The notes under the pieces are model-generated. The model ran no database searches and was not told the DNA's origin. It worked only from the letters and a program-made list of their open reading frames with translations. From positions 444,726,001 through 444,790,000 of the forward strand of contig NC_067399.1 in NCBI RefSeq assembly GCF_016432865.1: DNA of 64,000 nt, given 5' to 3'. Origin of the DNA: Antechinus flavipes (lineage: Eukaryota). This document shows, in pieces, positions 12,401-23,904 of the stretch (its first letter is position 1; each line of letters begins with the position of its first letter). The position numbers and the translations under genes are program-made.

Positions 12401-13984
12401 GGATAATGATATCTCTTTGACTCTGACAACCTTCACCTGATCTATTTACTCAATAAATCTCAACTATGCTATGACTTTCTTCTCCTTTGGCTTTATTCCT
12501 AAGTGTTTGAAAACTACTCTGGTTAAAGTAGATCTTGAGTAAGGTTGTTTTTTTTTTTTTTTTTCTTCCTGTCTTTCACAAATACATGAATGAAAAGCAG
12601 TTCAAAATCAGACATAACTTGCAAAAATGAGCAATCTCTACCAGAAAAGATTCATGGCTACAATAAAATGGCAGCTAAATGTAAGATAGCCAAAAGCTTT
12701 CCCCCTTTAAATTCCTCCTTTTCCCATTTAATTCCACTTTTCACTTGTCAGCCTATCAGTACAGAACATACTTCTCCTTCCTTATTCCTTCCCTCAAATA
12801 CCAAAAGGGGGTCAGTACAATGCTGCCACCTATGTATTTATGTAGGACCAATGAAATTTAAATTTCATCCTATTGCTGCTCCTCATCTCCCCCATATCTG
12901 AGACCCAGGTTGGATAATGCAGCAAACATAGCCTATAAAATAAAGATGACTAGGTTTGCAAAGAACCCAAAGTGGAGAAGTATTTGTTCATAAGTTGCCA
13001 GTATGTCTTACATATTACTGTTGACATAAAAGGAAAATATTTAGGTCTTGGAGGTAGAAGACTAATCTGGGATTCAAAAACTTTTCTGCTACTTCCTACC
13101 AGTGTAACTATATTAGACAAGTTACATATCCTGTCATTTCTTTAGAACTCAGTTTCCACATCTGTAAAACAATGACTATGTTGGACTCAACCATCCCTCA
13201 CAGCCCTAAACCTAGGATGCTAAGATTTCAAATAGATCCCCAACATTTACTTTATTCAGGCATTTCCCCATCCAATTTTGTCAAATTCTAAGTAAAAAAT
13301 CTTAGAAAGGGGTATTTTGAAACCTACTAGCAAAAATTATTACACTTTGCCTTTTCCTAGACTACCCTATGATCAATGTGCCACTGAATCACTATATAAC
13401 TAAGAGATTGCTAGATATAAAATTTGAATCAAAAGCTAAATACAACTGATTATTTGGAGCCTAAATACAAAGTTTATCGGGATGTCATAGGTCTTTTGAA
13501 TGCCTCATCATCAACCAAGCCCCTCAGAAATCCTAATTTTCCCTCCTAAATCTTTTGCTTCTATTGGCTTATTTAAATTGGAAATAAATTCAATAATAAA
13601 TTAAGGAAAGGCTCTCAAGAAGGGAATATATGCAGGGAGAAATCTAAGGGATGTAAAGCAAAAGAAAACAAAAACAAAAACACACTAAACTTTTTTTAAA
13701 AGAAACTAAATTCTCCAAATAAATTTGGAACTTGTCTTCATTAAAATTCCACATATGAAGTAATCAAAAAAAGTCTGAGAACAAGAATATTCATTTTCCC
13801 TGTTGTACTTTAAATAATAATCCCTTTAAATCTTTATAGCATCTTTCAAAGTAGTATATCTTTATTATTTCACTTGACTAATAACAATCCTATGAAGGTG
13901 AATAGGCCAGAACAGGTAATGAATCAGATTGTTTTCTGAGATCATACATCTATAAAGTGATAAGGCAAGGACTAGAACTCAAAA

Positions 13985-14115
13985 CTCGGGAGGGAGAAAA
14001 ATTTGCAATACAGAGTCTTGTAAAAATGAATGTTGAAAGCTATCTTTAAATATACTTGGAAAAATAAAATACTATTAAAAATTTTTTAAAAATAAAAATT
14101 AAAAGGGAAAAAAAA
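13985..14115 (+). mobile_element. Short L1 3' end inserted in a MIR
   Basis: L1 3'UTR terminus with A-rich tail; MIR sequence on both sides. Confidence 0.65.
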
Positions 14116-15184
14116 TTAGAACCCAAGACTCCTGACTTGGCAGGCTCTTTCCCCTAAGACAAACTGTTAAAACAGAGCCCAAATTATATATATATGTATA
14201 TGTGTGTGTGTGTGTATACACACAAAAGCACAATATCAAGCCTCTTCTAAGTTCGATTAATCTCCTTGAATTTAACATTTACAACTACATTATAATATAA
14301 TCTCAAAGAATCCAAGAAGCAAACACTGTCGAACACTATTCTGAAATCACTCCCCATACTTGAAAATAGGTACCTCTGACATGGAACACACACCTGTTAA
14401 TAAATTATGTACGCTACTATAAAGATCATCTAACATAAATCACACAAATTGTAAAATGGCCAGGATATTGAATTAATACTGGGTTTTGTCAAACAAAATT
14501 CTATCTTGTTAAGAATACTATCCCTGAAGAGTGGAGAGGACCTGAGCTTTAGATGACCAGCTTTTGGATGAGCAGGTCAGAGAGTCCTCGATCTTCTCTA
14601 GAAGGACAATGAATCAAGATGACCTGAAGAAAATAAATGAATCTTCTGACTCGTGTCTTCACAATTCGACCTCAACAGTGGAAATTACCCTTATTAAGGC
14701 AGTCATATAAATAGCTACTTGCCCTATCTAATCATGATTATAAAATACAATGTCCTGTCTCAATTATTTTACTGCCTTTATACTATGTCAGGGAATAGAA
14801 TATAAGTAAAATTATGTGGCCTAGAAAATATTTTCTAAGTTGAATTAGCTAAAAACAAAATTTGAAAGTCACTTTATTTTAGATATTTAAATGCCAGTTA
14901 CTAAAAGGATCAAGTGAATGTGGTCCTAAAAGCTGCACTTATATTGGCTATTGAATTGTTTGCTAGCCCCTCCACTGTGGGGGAAGTCAAATTCAAATGT
15001 AACCTAGGTCTGTAGGTTAGAATGAAATTTTCTACTATCTATGCTGTCCTGTCTCTCTTTACCCAGACACTCAGAAAAATTGGCTAAACTCAGAAACATA
15101 CCTACATTAGCCCACTGGCTGTTATACTGGTTTTTCCCTTTCTAGAAAACCTGGTTTTTTAAGTCTCTTGGATTTAAGCAATGA

Positions 15185-15430
15185 GGCAGTAGGCGATATG
15201 ATATAGTGGATAAAGAACTTGCTCAGACCAAAGTTTGAATTGGACTGATAACCATCCAGCTATATTATCCATGTGTAAGGCACTAGACCTCTGATTTTGG
15301 GCTTCATGATAAGAAAAACGGAGCTAATAATTGCACCTCAGATGGGCTACTGTATGAGACAAATAAGACAACCTACATAAAGCATTTTACACACTTTACT
15401 ATGATGTACAAATGTCAGCAATTATTGTCA
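15185..15430 (+). mobile_element. MIR
   Basis: GGCAGTAGGCGATATGATATAGTGGATAAAG head and MIR tail. Confidence 0.65.
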
Positions 15431-15599
15431 CCAAGGTCTAAATTTGTGAGATTTATGAGATCTAGTAGATTGGAGATTCAAAAAGTATCTTTCAAGTAGT
15501 GCCTGCAGACTTCCCACGACTTCAATACCCAAAGGACCAACAGAATTCTTACTGCAGTAGAAATGGAAATGGCACTATTTCTTGATACCTAATAATAAT

Positions 15600-15795
15600 T
15601 CTCCAACTTTTTACTCTCAGGACTTCTTGACATTCTTAAAAATTAAGGACCTCTCTACAAAAAACTCTTGTTTATGTGAGCTTTATCTGTCAATATTTAC
15701 TATATTTAAAAAGAAAACATTTTAGTATTATTATTAAAAGTTTTGAGTTTATGGACCCCTTGAAAAAATCTCAGGGATCACTAGGGGTTCCCAGA
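15600..15795. mobile_element. Charlie1/MER33-like hAT end fragment
   Basis: GGACCCCTTGAAAAAATCTCAGGGATCACTAGGGGTTCCCAGAACACACT resembles the Charlie1 terminus. Confidence 0.6.
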
Positions 15796-18700
15796 ACACA
15801 CTAGGAATCACTGTCTAAGGAGATGCAAATGCCAGGTCCCACCATTCCTTAGCTCAAAAACATGATCAAAGAATTAAGAAACCCGGGGGGGAGGGAGGGA
15901 GGGAGGGGGAATAGATTCACAGAGCAGAACACACTCTGCCTTAGCATAGAAATAATAAAAGTAACTATTAGGATCAAGTACAATTTGTATTTAATTCCTT
16001 CCATTCACTAATCCATTAAGCTACCTGGGATCAATACAACAGGATGTCAAATAATGAACAAATAGCATTACCTACAATAAATATGTCAAAATATTTTACT
16101 TTGCTAAATGACAGTGAATCTAAACATCAGTGATTGCAAGGAGGTGGAGCAGCAGTGTGACAGTTCTAAGTCCCCTGGAGCAATGAAAGATCATGAGTGG
16201 CCATGAATTTTTCAGCTCAACATACCCTTCACACCATTTTGACAAATTAACAAAACGGTCAATATTTCCCTAGTACTTAGGTCTTTGCAGATAGGAGAGC
16301 TGGAAAGGAGAGAAAATACCTTAAGCACCTGAAGTCTTATTTCACAATAAACTTCTTAAAAGAACAATACTTTTCATAGATAAGATTCTTTTTAGCAGCC
16401 AAAAACAGGTCAGAGAATAAAATATGTGGGTTCTAAACTCAACAAGAAACAAAACGATAAACCTTTATGCAGTTTAGCATGGGATAGAATCTATTTTTAC
16501 CCCTGCAAGACATGAGGGTGAGGAAAGAGGGCAATTCAAGTTATATGTGATCTCATAAATCTCACATATATGTATATATATTTGCACTGTTTTTGTAAAT
16601 TTTGTAATTGTAAATAGGACTAAGTCCACTCCTAATAAAGACCAACTTAAACTTGCCTAATTCAAAGACCAGAATTAAGACAATTAAATTCATGTAATTG
16701 GACTTTGATGTTTCCTTTAGAAAAACAAGAGTGTAGAACTCTTTTAGGTGGTTAGATAATTCCTAGCTATCTAGATGGCTCTTTATAATGCCAGAAGTAG
16801 ATTGCTAATACTAGCGAAAGCCTTTCTTTGAACTATGTTGGCAAAAAAAACAACTCCTAAATTGAAAGCTTGGAGTTTTGGGGAACCAAAACCAAAAAGC
16901 ATCTTCTGCTAGAGAAGCAGACACCAGAAACACATAAATATTTGATGTTACCAAGTCTTCCCCTGCAACCTTTTCTAAACCTCTTCAAGTCTACATATCA
17001 CTTTTGATAGAGAAACTAAATGTTTGTCCTTCTCCATAACAAAATCTGTTCAAACTGAGATAGAGCTTGGCCATAACAACCACAGTAGCAAAGACAGCAT
17101 GCAGACAAATTAGAAATTGTTAGGATAGCTACAATCAATGTTATCTACAACATAATTTACCTCAGAAAAACAGCCTATTTCCCATGTGCAGTCTAGGTAT
17201 AGTCCTTGGACCTACTTACACATTGGTGGAGGAAAGAGCCTTAAAATATTCTGAAAACCTTGCTATAAATACTAGCTACATGCTAACTCACCCCCCGTTT
17301 CTCAGCTCAAGAATTTTTCTCCACATTACAACCTCAAGGATTCCAAAAGAGCAAAGAGATGAGAATTTCAACAAATCCTGTTCCTACCCAGATTTCTCTA
17401 TCATACCCCAATTGGGGGGGGAGAGGGAGAGGGCAGGAGGACAACTTAAATTTTTGCTTCTGATTATTGTTTTCTGGAAAGCTAGTCTTCCCTTTTCAGA
17501 CTTTTCTTTCTAGCCTTTAAAGGTCTGGTTTAAATGGATAGTAAAGAAATTCTTAGTTCTCTTATAATTCTCCCCCTTAGGGAACAGTCTTCTACTCAAT
17601 ACCCCATTTCATTGCTGCACAAGATAGTTTCAAACTAAGCAGACCAACATGATGGTTTGCTTATTACAAGATTCAAAAACTCACCAGAAGTCTCTTACCA
17701 CTGAAGTGGCTAAACTCAGGCTAAATTGAGCAGAATTCTGTATTTATAGAACTTACATATATAGCCAAGGCTCATCAGTGGAAAGTGACAAAATCCTATA
17801 TAGCATACAACTTTTTCCATTTGACTTTCATAAAAGTGTGCAAGATGAACTATTATTTTATTGGGAAGGAAAAATTGTCTGTTACATGGAATTGGTAGAA
17901 ATAATAAACTAATGAATTAACTTTTCAGAAAAGGGTTAGAAAGCAACTAATAAAAAGATAAAGCAAGAGAGCCCTCAACTCCTGAAAGTCTGTGGTTGAT
18001 ATGTAGTCCCAAAGAGAAAGAAATGAATTAACAGACCTACAGATTTTAAGGGCTGATTGTCTTATCTGATTTTGGACAAACAAAATCCTCTTTTTCTCTA
18101 AATTCTAGAAGATAGGTCCTGGAGAATCTCTCATCATTTTGAAGTTAGACTTTAAAATACTTTTCAAAGCATTTCTTTCTAAGTGCCATAATCCACAAAG
18201 ACAAGCTCTACCCAGCATGTGCTAATTGTCCATAAGCAGTTGTTAGAATAAAACAATTTCTAAGCTTGGCTATCCCAATTCCCAAGACAAGCAATTTACA
18301 AACTTTTTGGAATGGGGATAAATTATTACAGCACGTTTTCTTCCCCCCCCCCTTTGTTCAGAGCAAAAAATGATGCTCTACAGATGATATATTTAGTTTT
18401 AGAATAATAATCACAATCTCAATGCAAGATAAAAAGGTAATATAGATCTTATTTTTTTAAAAAAAGGCAAAGCAACAGTTGCAAAACTGACCTTTCATTT
18501 TAGAGGGAGGAATGGAAACAAACCAGATGCAGGAGAATGAAAAAAAATAATATAAGCTTCTTTAGAAAAGAAAGAAAAAAAATCAAACTCTCCCCTCTCT
18601 CTCCCTTCTAGTAAGGACGGTGATTTATAGGGCTTTTCTCTGCAGAAAGCTCCTCCTGGGCAGCTTTAGGAAGGAGCCGAGGGAGGGAGAGAAAGACAGA

Positions 18701-19072
18701 CACAGAAAGAAGAGGAGAGAGAAAAAGAAAATGGCGCAGAGACTAAGTCCTGACTGTCGACAAGGCGACTTTCCAGGGGGGAATCCGGGCCCTGAAAGGC
18801 TCCCAGGCGCCGGCTCGACAGGGATCGGGGGCCTCGGGGGCCCCCTCTAGGGCGAACCGGGGTCCCCGGGGGGCCAGGAGCCCCGCAAAGGGGCGGTCGG
18901 GGCGGCTCGATGGGAACAATGGGGCCGGTGAGCGAGGAGCCGGGACTTAGTCTCTGGGACGCCATGTCTGTCCTTTCCCATCCGCAGCCGGGGAGAGCCG
19001 GGCGGCGCAGGCGGGCCTCTCCCCCACCCCCCGGGGCAGGGGGCCCAGTTCGGGCCCCGGGTGCACACTCAC

Positions 19073-19097
19073 CATTCACTCGGAAATCCGCATCGAT
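19073..19097 (-). CDS. TOP1: DNA topoisomerase I, exon 2 (IDADFRVN + 1 nt)
   Basis: 25-nt exon between a pyrimidine tract ending CCACAG and donor G|GTGAG; matches recalled human IEADFRLN, which is also a 25-nt exon. Confidence 0.96.
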
Positions 19098-19665
19098 CTG
19101 TGGGGAGGGAAAGGAGAGGAAATCAAGCCTCCAATAAATAAGATACACTAGGTTGGGGTGGGGGTGGGGGAAGTAGAGAGAGGAGACTGGCGGGGGAGGG
19201 GGCACCAGGGATCTGACTCCCTACCTTCTCACGGGGGGAGCAGAAAGCCGGGCAGGGTGAGGAGGGGGCTCACCCTTTCAAACTTTAACTTCCCGGCATT
19301 TCCAGCCCGCCGCCTCCAGGGCGCCCCCCCTTCTACTCCTGCCAGCGCGGATCCCCCAAATCAAGAACCCCTTCCCCAAAAAAAATTCCCCAAACGACCT
19401 ACTACACGGGGTGGGCAGGAGAGGGGGAACTTGTCATCTCCCCCAGTTACCAAACGTCAAAAATGGAAGGGGAGGCAAGCTAAGGGAGAGTCCGGGGGAG
19501 GCAGGCCCGGCTCTGGGGGAAGGGGGAAGTGAGAAGCCGGCTCTAAGAGGAGCCGGGCCCGGGGGCGCCAGGAAGCCGGGCCCCGGGGCGGGGGCGGAGG
19601 AGCCGGGGACTCGAGGCTGAGGGCAGCCAGGCCCGGAGATCGGGGAGATCCGCGGGCCGCCTTAC
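19098..19665 (-). other. TOP1: TOP1 intron 1 (568 nt)
   Basis: GT...AG boundaries between the two exons. Confidence 0.93.
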
Positions 19666-19698
19666 CTGGGAGTCGTTGTGCAGTTGATCCCCACTCAT
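19666..19698 (-). CDS. TOP1: DNA topoisomerase I, coding part of exon 1 (MSGDQLHNDSQ)
   Basis: ATG at 19698 in context CCGAC-ATG; 33 nt; ends at donor CAG|GTAAG (phase 0); matches recalled human TOP1 N-terminus MSGDHLHNDSQ. Confidence 0.97.
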
Positions 19699-19960
19699 GT
19701 CGGACGTAGCCGCGGCACCGGCGGGACTGGGAACGGGGCGGGCGATAGGAGGCACAGACTGCTCGGACCCCGGCCTTGAGTAAGTAGATCAGGCCTCGGA
19801 GCAAAGGAGGCGGTGGGCAAGTGAGGCCGAGGAATCAGCAACAGCAGCGGGAATGGCGGCGTCGGCGGCAGCGGCAGCAGCGGCGGCGGCGGCGGCAGCG
19901 GCAGACACTGGGGAGGGAATGAAGCTCCGAGGAGTTGTGTAACAGACTAAGTTCGCATTT
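19699..19960 (-). other. TOP1: TOP1 5' UTR (exon 1, non-coding part); TSS near 19960
   Basis: Minus strand AAATGCGAACTTAGTCTGTTACACAACT nearly matches the recalled first bases of human TOP1 mRNA (AAATGCGAACTTAGGCTGTTACACAACT). Confidence 0.85.
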
Positions 19961-20450
19961 CTTCCCACTGCGCCTGCGCGGCCGCTTTTAAACAGGACCC
20001 GGCGAGAGGGAGGGGGGCGAAACAGGAAGGGAGGGAAGAGCACAGTAGGAGGGAGGAAGAAGAAAACCAGCAGCCTTTAGGGAAACTGGCTTGGTTCTAG
20101 GAGAACCCGCCTCTCGCTACTCAAATGGTTGGCTCTGATTTGCATCTCAAGCCACGCCCCACGTCGAGACAGCCCCAACCACCCCACCCAGCGCGGAACT
20201 TCATTTGCATAAGGAACTCCTCCTTCCACCGCTCACCCAGAGTCCCCGCTCTTCTCCTTCAGCTACTCTCCTCCCCCCCACCTCCACAACTCTGTTCTTG
20301 GAACTAGAGCCCGCTGGCAAGCGCGGGGCTAGGAATTGAAGGGGCTGCTTACGGCGTCGGCAACCCCCGGCAATGCGCAGTGCGCAGGCGCCTTTGGCCA
20401 CTCTGGGGCCTCCGGAGCTTCAGGGCGCTCACAACGTGGTTGGGTTTTAA
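19961..20450. promoter_or_regulatory. TOP1 proximal promoter motifs: two NRF1-like sites, two octamers, a KLF/SP box and TATA-like TTTTAAA
   Basis: CTGCGCCTGCGC at 19968-19979; TGCGCAGGCGC at 20381-20391; ATTTGCAT at 20138-20145 and 20203-20210; GCCACGCCCC at 20151-20160. Motif matches only. Confidence 0.65.
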
Positions 20451-21221
20451 AGACTGGCAGCCACAAGCAACAGGAGGCGCCAGTTGGAGAGCTTTTTAAC
20501 CTGCCTGAATTTTAAGTGTTAAATGTGCACGTCCCTCTCAACACACACACCCAATACCCCCGTCCCAACAGTATTATCTTGGGAAGTGATACCTTTCCTA
20601 ACGAAGTATCCTCTGCTGCAAAATGAGATGTTTAGACTAAGGGTCTTTAAGGCTCCCTCCTAGGCGCTAAATCCTATAATCCTGTCGGCCTCAGCACTCG
20701 CTGAGCATCCGCATAGAACTGGAAGTAAACAGTCCAAACCTCTTATTTAATAGATAAGAAAATCGAGGTTCATAACCGGACTTCTCCAAAATCACAAAGC
20801 CAGCCACGGGCTGAATTAGAACTCAAAACGCAGGTTTCTTGACTCTGGTTCATTGTTCTTTGTACTGCCTACTGTGGAAAATGTTAAGAATACCTTCATA
20901 GCATTAATTTAGGTGGTATCTCTAAAGTCCCTCCCAGCTTTCAAATCTTAGGATCCTGGCTACTCAATCAATTCATACTAATTGATTTGCTTTTCTGGCA
21001 AGAAGAGTGTCCATAGGTGACCTAATGGCCTTGGCCAATTTTTTAGTAGTTACCGGCTACTCAACCTCGTTAAGAAAGTCATTGCTTTTAAAAAGCCAAT
21101 TAAATCTAACTCTTTTTAGTGAATAAATAATGGACTATAGGTTCAAGATAAAATAGGAATGAAAATGTATTCAGATGGCTTATGTGTTTTAATTATGCTT
21201 TGTTACAAGGGAGGGTTGGTT

Positions 21222-21710
21222 ATACAGCAGCAGGATGATTGTAGAGACTCCCGTAGAGATTTACATGAACGGATGCTAAGTGAAGTGAGCAGAACCAGGA
21301 GATCATTATACACAGCAACATCAATCTTATACAATGATCAATTCTGATGGACGTGACTCTTTCCAGCAATGAGATGCTTCAGACCAGTTCCAATGATCTT
21401 GTGATGAAGAGAGCCATCTACACCCAGAGAAAGACTGTGGGAACTGAGTGTGGATCGCAACATAACATTCTCACTTCTTTTGTTGTTGTCTGTTTGCATT
21501 TTGTTTTCTCTCATTTTTTAATTCGATATTAGATTTAATATATTTTTACCATGTTTAACATATATTGGATTACTTCCTATCTAGGGGAGGGGGTCGGAGG
21601 AAGGGAGGAGAAATTGGAACACAAGGTTTTGCAAGGATTAATATTGAAAAAGTATCCATGCATATCTTTTGAAAATTATCAAGCTTAAACTTAAAAAAAA
21701 AAAAAAAAAC
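21222..21710 (+). mobile_element. L1 3' end (ORF2 C-terminus, 3'UTR, poly(A))
   Basis: DLHERMLSEVSRTRRSLYTAT..LYNDQF* ORF2 terminus; long A tail. Confidence 0.9.
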
Positions 21711-21879
21711 CAAAGAAGGATTGTATTTAAAGTGTGGGGAGAGGGAGAAAGGGAGTAATTGGGGAGTTATAGCAATGTAAAAAACAATCAATAAAAATTT
21801 TAAAAAATTAAAATTGCCTTCAGATATACTCTGTAATAGAACTATATCTAGAATTGGATTCAGGAGAGTAGGAACCCTT

Positions 21880-22110
21880 ATTTTTGAGTCATTTCAGTTC
21901 TGTATAACTCTTTTCTACCCCATTTGGGGTTTTCTTGGAAAAGATACTGGGATGGTTTTCTATTTCTATCTCCAGCTCATTTTACAGATGAAGAACCTAA
22001 GTTAAATGACTTGCCCAGGATCACACAGCTACTAAGTGTCTGAGGCTGAATTTGAACTCTTTTGATCTTCCTGAGTCCAAGCCTAGAGTTCTAGCCACTT
22101 CACCACCCAG
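21880..22110 (-). mobile_element. MAR1-type CORE-SINE
   Basis: CCCCATTTGGGGTTTTCTTGG RTE-like tail plus CORE domain. Confidence 0.8.
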
Positions 22111-22439
22111 AAAGAGCCCTGTCCGCCACTATGAAGATCACTATGATCTTCTCATTTTCCTCTTTTATAAAATGATCACTTACTTTCTATTCATTCATTG
22201 TATTTGTACACTTAGCACCTACTCTACTTTGAGGGTTAGGTCTAGTTAACACTTAATAAATAGCACTCAATAAATACTTAGTTGTTTTTTCACAGCATTA
22301 AGAACTTATATTTACACTGTAATGTGAACCAAAGAGTTCACAAATATTATAGGCAAACCATCTTCTTTCTTTCAGTAGAGGAGAGAAACTATATATGAAT
22401 GCTATGGTCTCCTCTATGATTCTATAATTTCTTTAAATG

Positions 22440-23310
22440 AAACCATTTTCTGTCCTCTGAAAGTTGCATGACATTCTACCTCCTCTGCACTTTAGCTCAT
22501 TTTGTGCCTGGAAAGTTAACACTTTTTTCCTTTCCACTCCCTAACAACCATAACCCAGTTTATCATTCTATTTCTCTCTTCTCTTTCATGACAAAATTCA
22601 TTTACTACCTATCTTCTCATTCTTTTCTAAAATTCTGAAATCTGGCTTCCCATTTGATCAATCAGTGGAAAGTGCCCTCATCAATGATTCTTAATTTCCT
22701 AATTTAATGGCCTTTTCTCAATCCTCATTTTCCTCTTGCTCTTTATGGCATTTGGTACTCTTGATTACCACATGTTCTCCTGGATAAGCTTTCTCCTCAC
22801 TGGGTGCATATGACACTGCTTTTTTAGGGTTCTTTTCCTATCATTCTGGCTTCTTCCAAATACCTTCTGCTGGTTCTTCATCTAAATCACACTTACTGAT
22901 CATGGATGCTCCCCACCCAAGGCCTTCTTTCTCCCTTCTATGTGATCTACCTTGCTGATCTCATCAGCTCCCATGGGTTCCATTATTATTTCTTTTTTTC
23001 TTTTTTCCTTTTTTTAATCTATTATTATTATTATTTTGCTGAGGCAATTGGGTCACACAGGGTCACACAACTAGGATTTGTTAAGTGTCTAAGGCCAAAT
23101 TTGAACTCAGGTCCTCCTGACTTCAGGGCTGGTGCTCTATCCACTGCCCCACCTAGCTGCTCCTCAATTATTATTTCTATGTGGATGAGTCCCAGATCTA
23201 TATATCTAGTCTCTGAATTCCAGCCCTTCAATACCAACAGTCTTAGGACCTCTCAAATGGGATGTCCAGTAGGCATTTCAAACTCTACATCTCCACAATA
23301 GAACTTCTCT
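22440..23310 (+). mobile_element. L2 ORF2 fragment interrupted by a young SINE
   Basis: Degenerate L2 RT-region sequence. Confidence 0.65.
22994..23166 (-). mobile_element. WSINE1-type SINE with 12-bp TSD
   Basis: Near-consensus body; ATTATTATTTCT at 22982-22993 and 23167-23178; T-rich tail. Confidence 0.85.
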
Positions 23311-23619
23311 TTTCACCGACATTTTAAGGAACACTGTGAGAGTTTCCTCATCCTGAGTAGCCACATATTGCTAATGAAATAAGAGGTGAGGAGATCAAGG
23401 GATTCAGACCTTGAAGACCTTAGAGAATGTCTAGCCCCAAATGTTCACTGAGCTTTCAGAGAAACTGATTTGCCTGAGAGCATAAAAAATACTAGCCTCT
23501 AAACCTGGTGCTTCTTAACTAATTAGTGTCAGTCTGCCTTTTCCTGGAAAATCAGCTTCTGGGTAAAGGAACAGGATCGATAATGCACCAGCTCATCCTC
23601 TGGATGTCCCAGTAGCCCA

Positions 23620-23860
23620 TGTAATAAAGTGAACACCAAAATATAGCAGCACTTTTTGTGGTAGCAAAGGATCAGAAGCAAAGTAGGCGGCCATGCTCTG
23701 GGCCATGGCAAAAGGAAGAATGGCTCATGAATGTAAGGGACTATGACTGAACTGTACAAAATGATGAGTGTGGGAAATAGCAGAGGAGCAAGGGAAGAAG
23801 AGATATACAGAGGAGCTGAGCAAAGAAAACGATGTATGTAATGGCTACAAGGTAACCCGT
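23620..23860 (+). mobile_element. Old L1 ORF2 3' fragment
   Basis: GCAGCACTTTTTGTGGTAGCAAAG motif. Confidence 0.6.
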
Positions 23861-23904
23861 GTTGATGGGTTAAGCTGATTTCTCCCTCCTCTTTTTCTTT
23901 TTCC

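Larger units (their letters stand above)
1..19072 (-). other. TOP1: TOP1 intron 2 (partial; exon 3 not found in window)
   Basis: Begins at donor GTGAG after exon 2; no sequence encoding the expected DSHKHKDKHKDR exon was seen on inspection. Confidence 0.8.
18730..20480. promoter_or_regulatory. CpG island covering the TOP1 promoter, exons 1-2 and the start of intron 2
   Basis: Dense CpG and very high GC against an AT-rich, CpG-depleted background. Confidence 0.95.

Noticed and set aside
14520-14700. Exon-like patch in intron 2 with acceptor TTTTCTTCAG at 14624
   Set aside because: No convincing donor downstream and no recognisable product on either strand.
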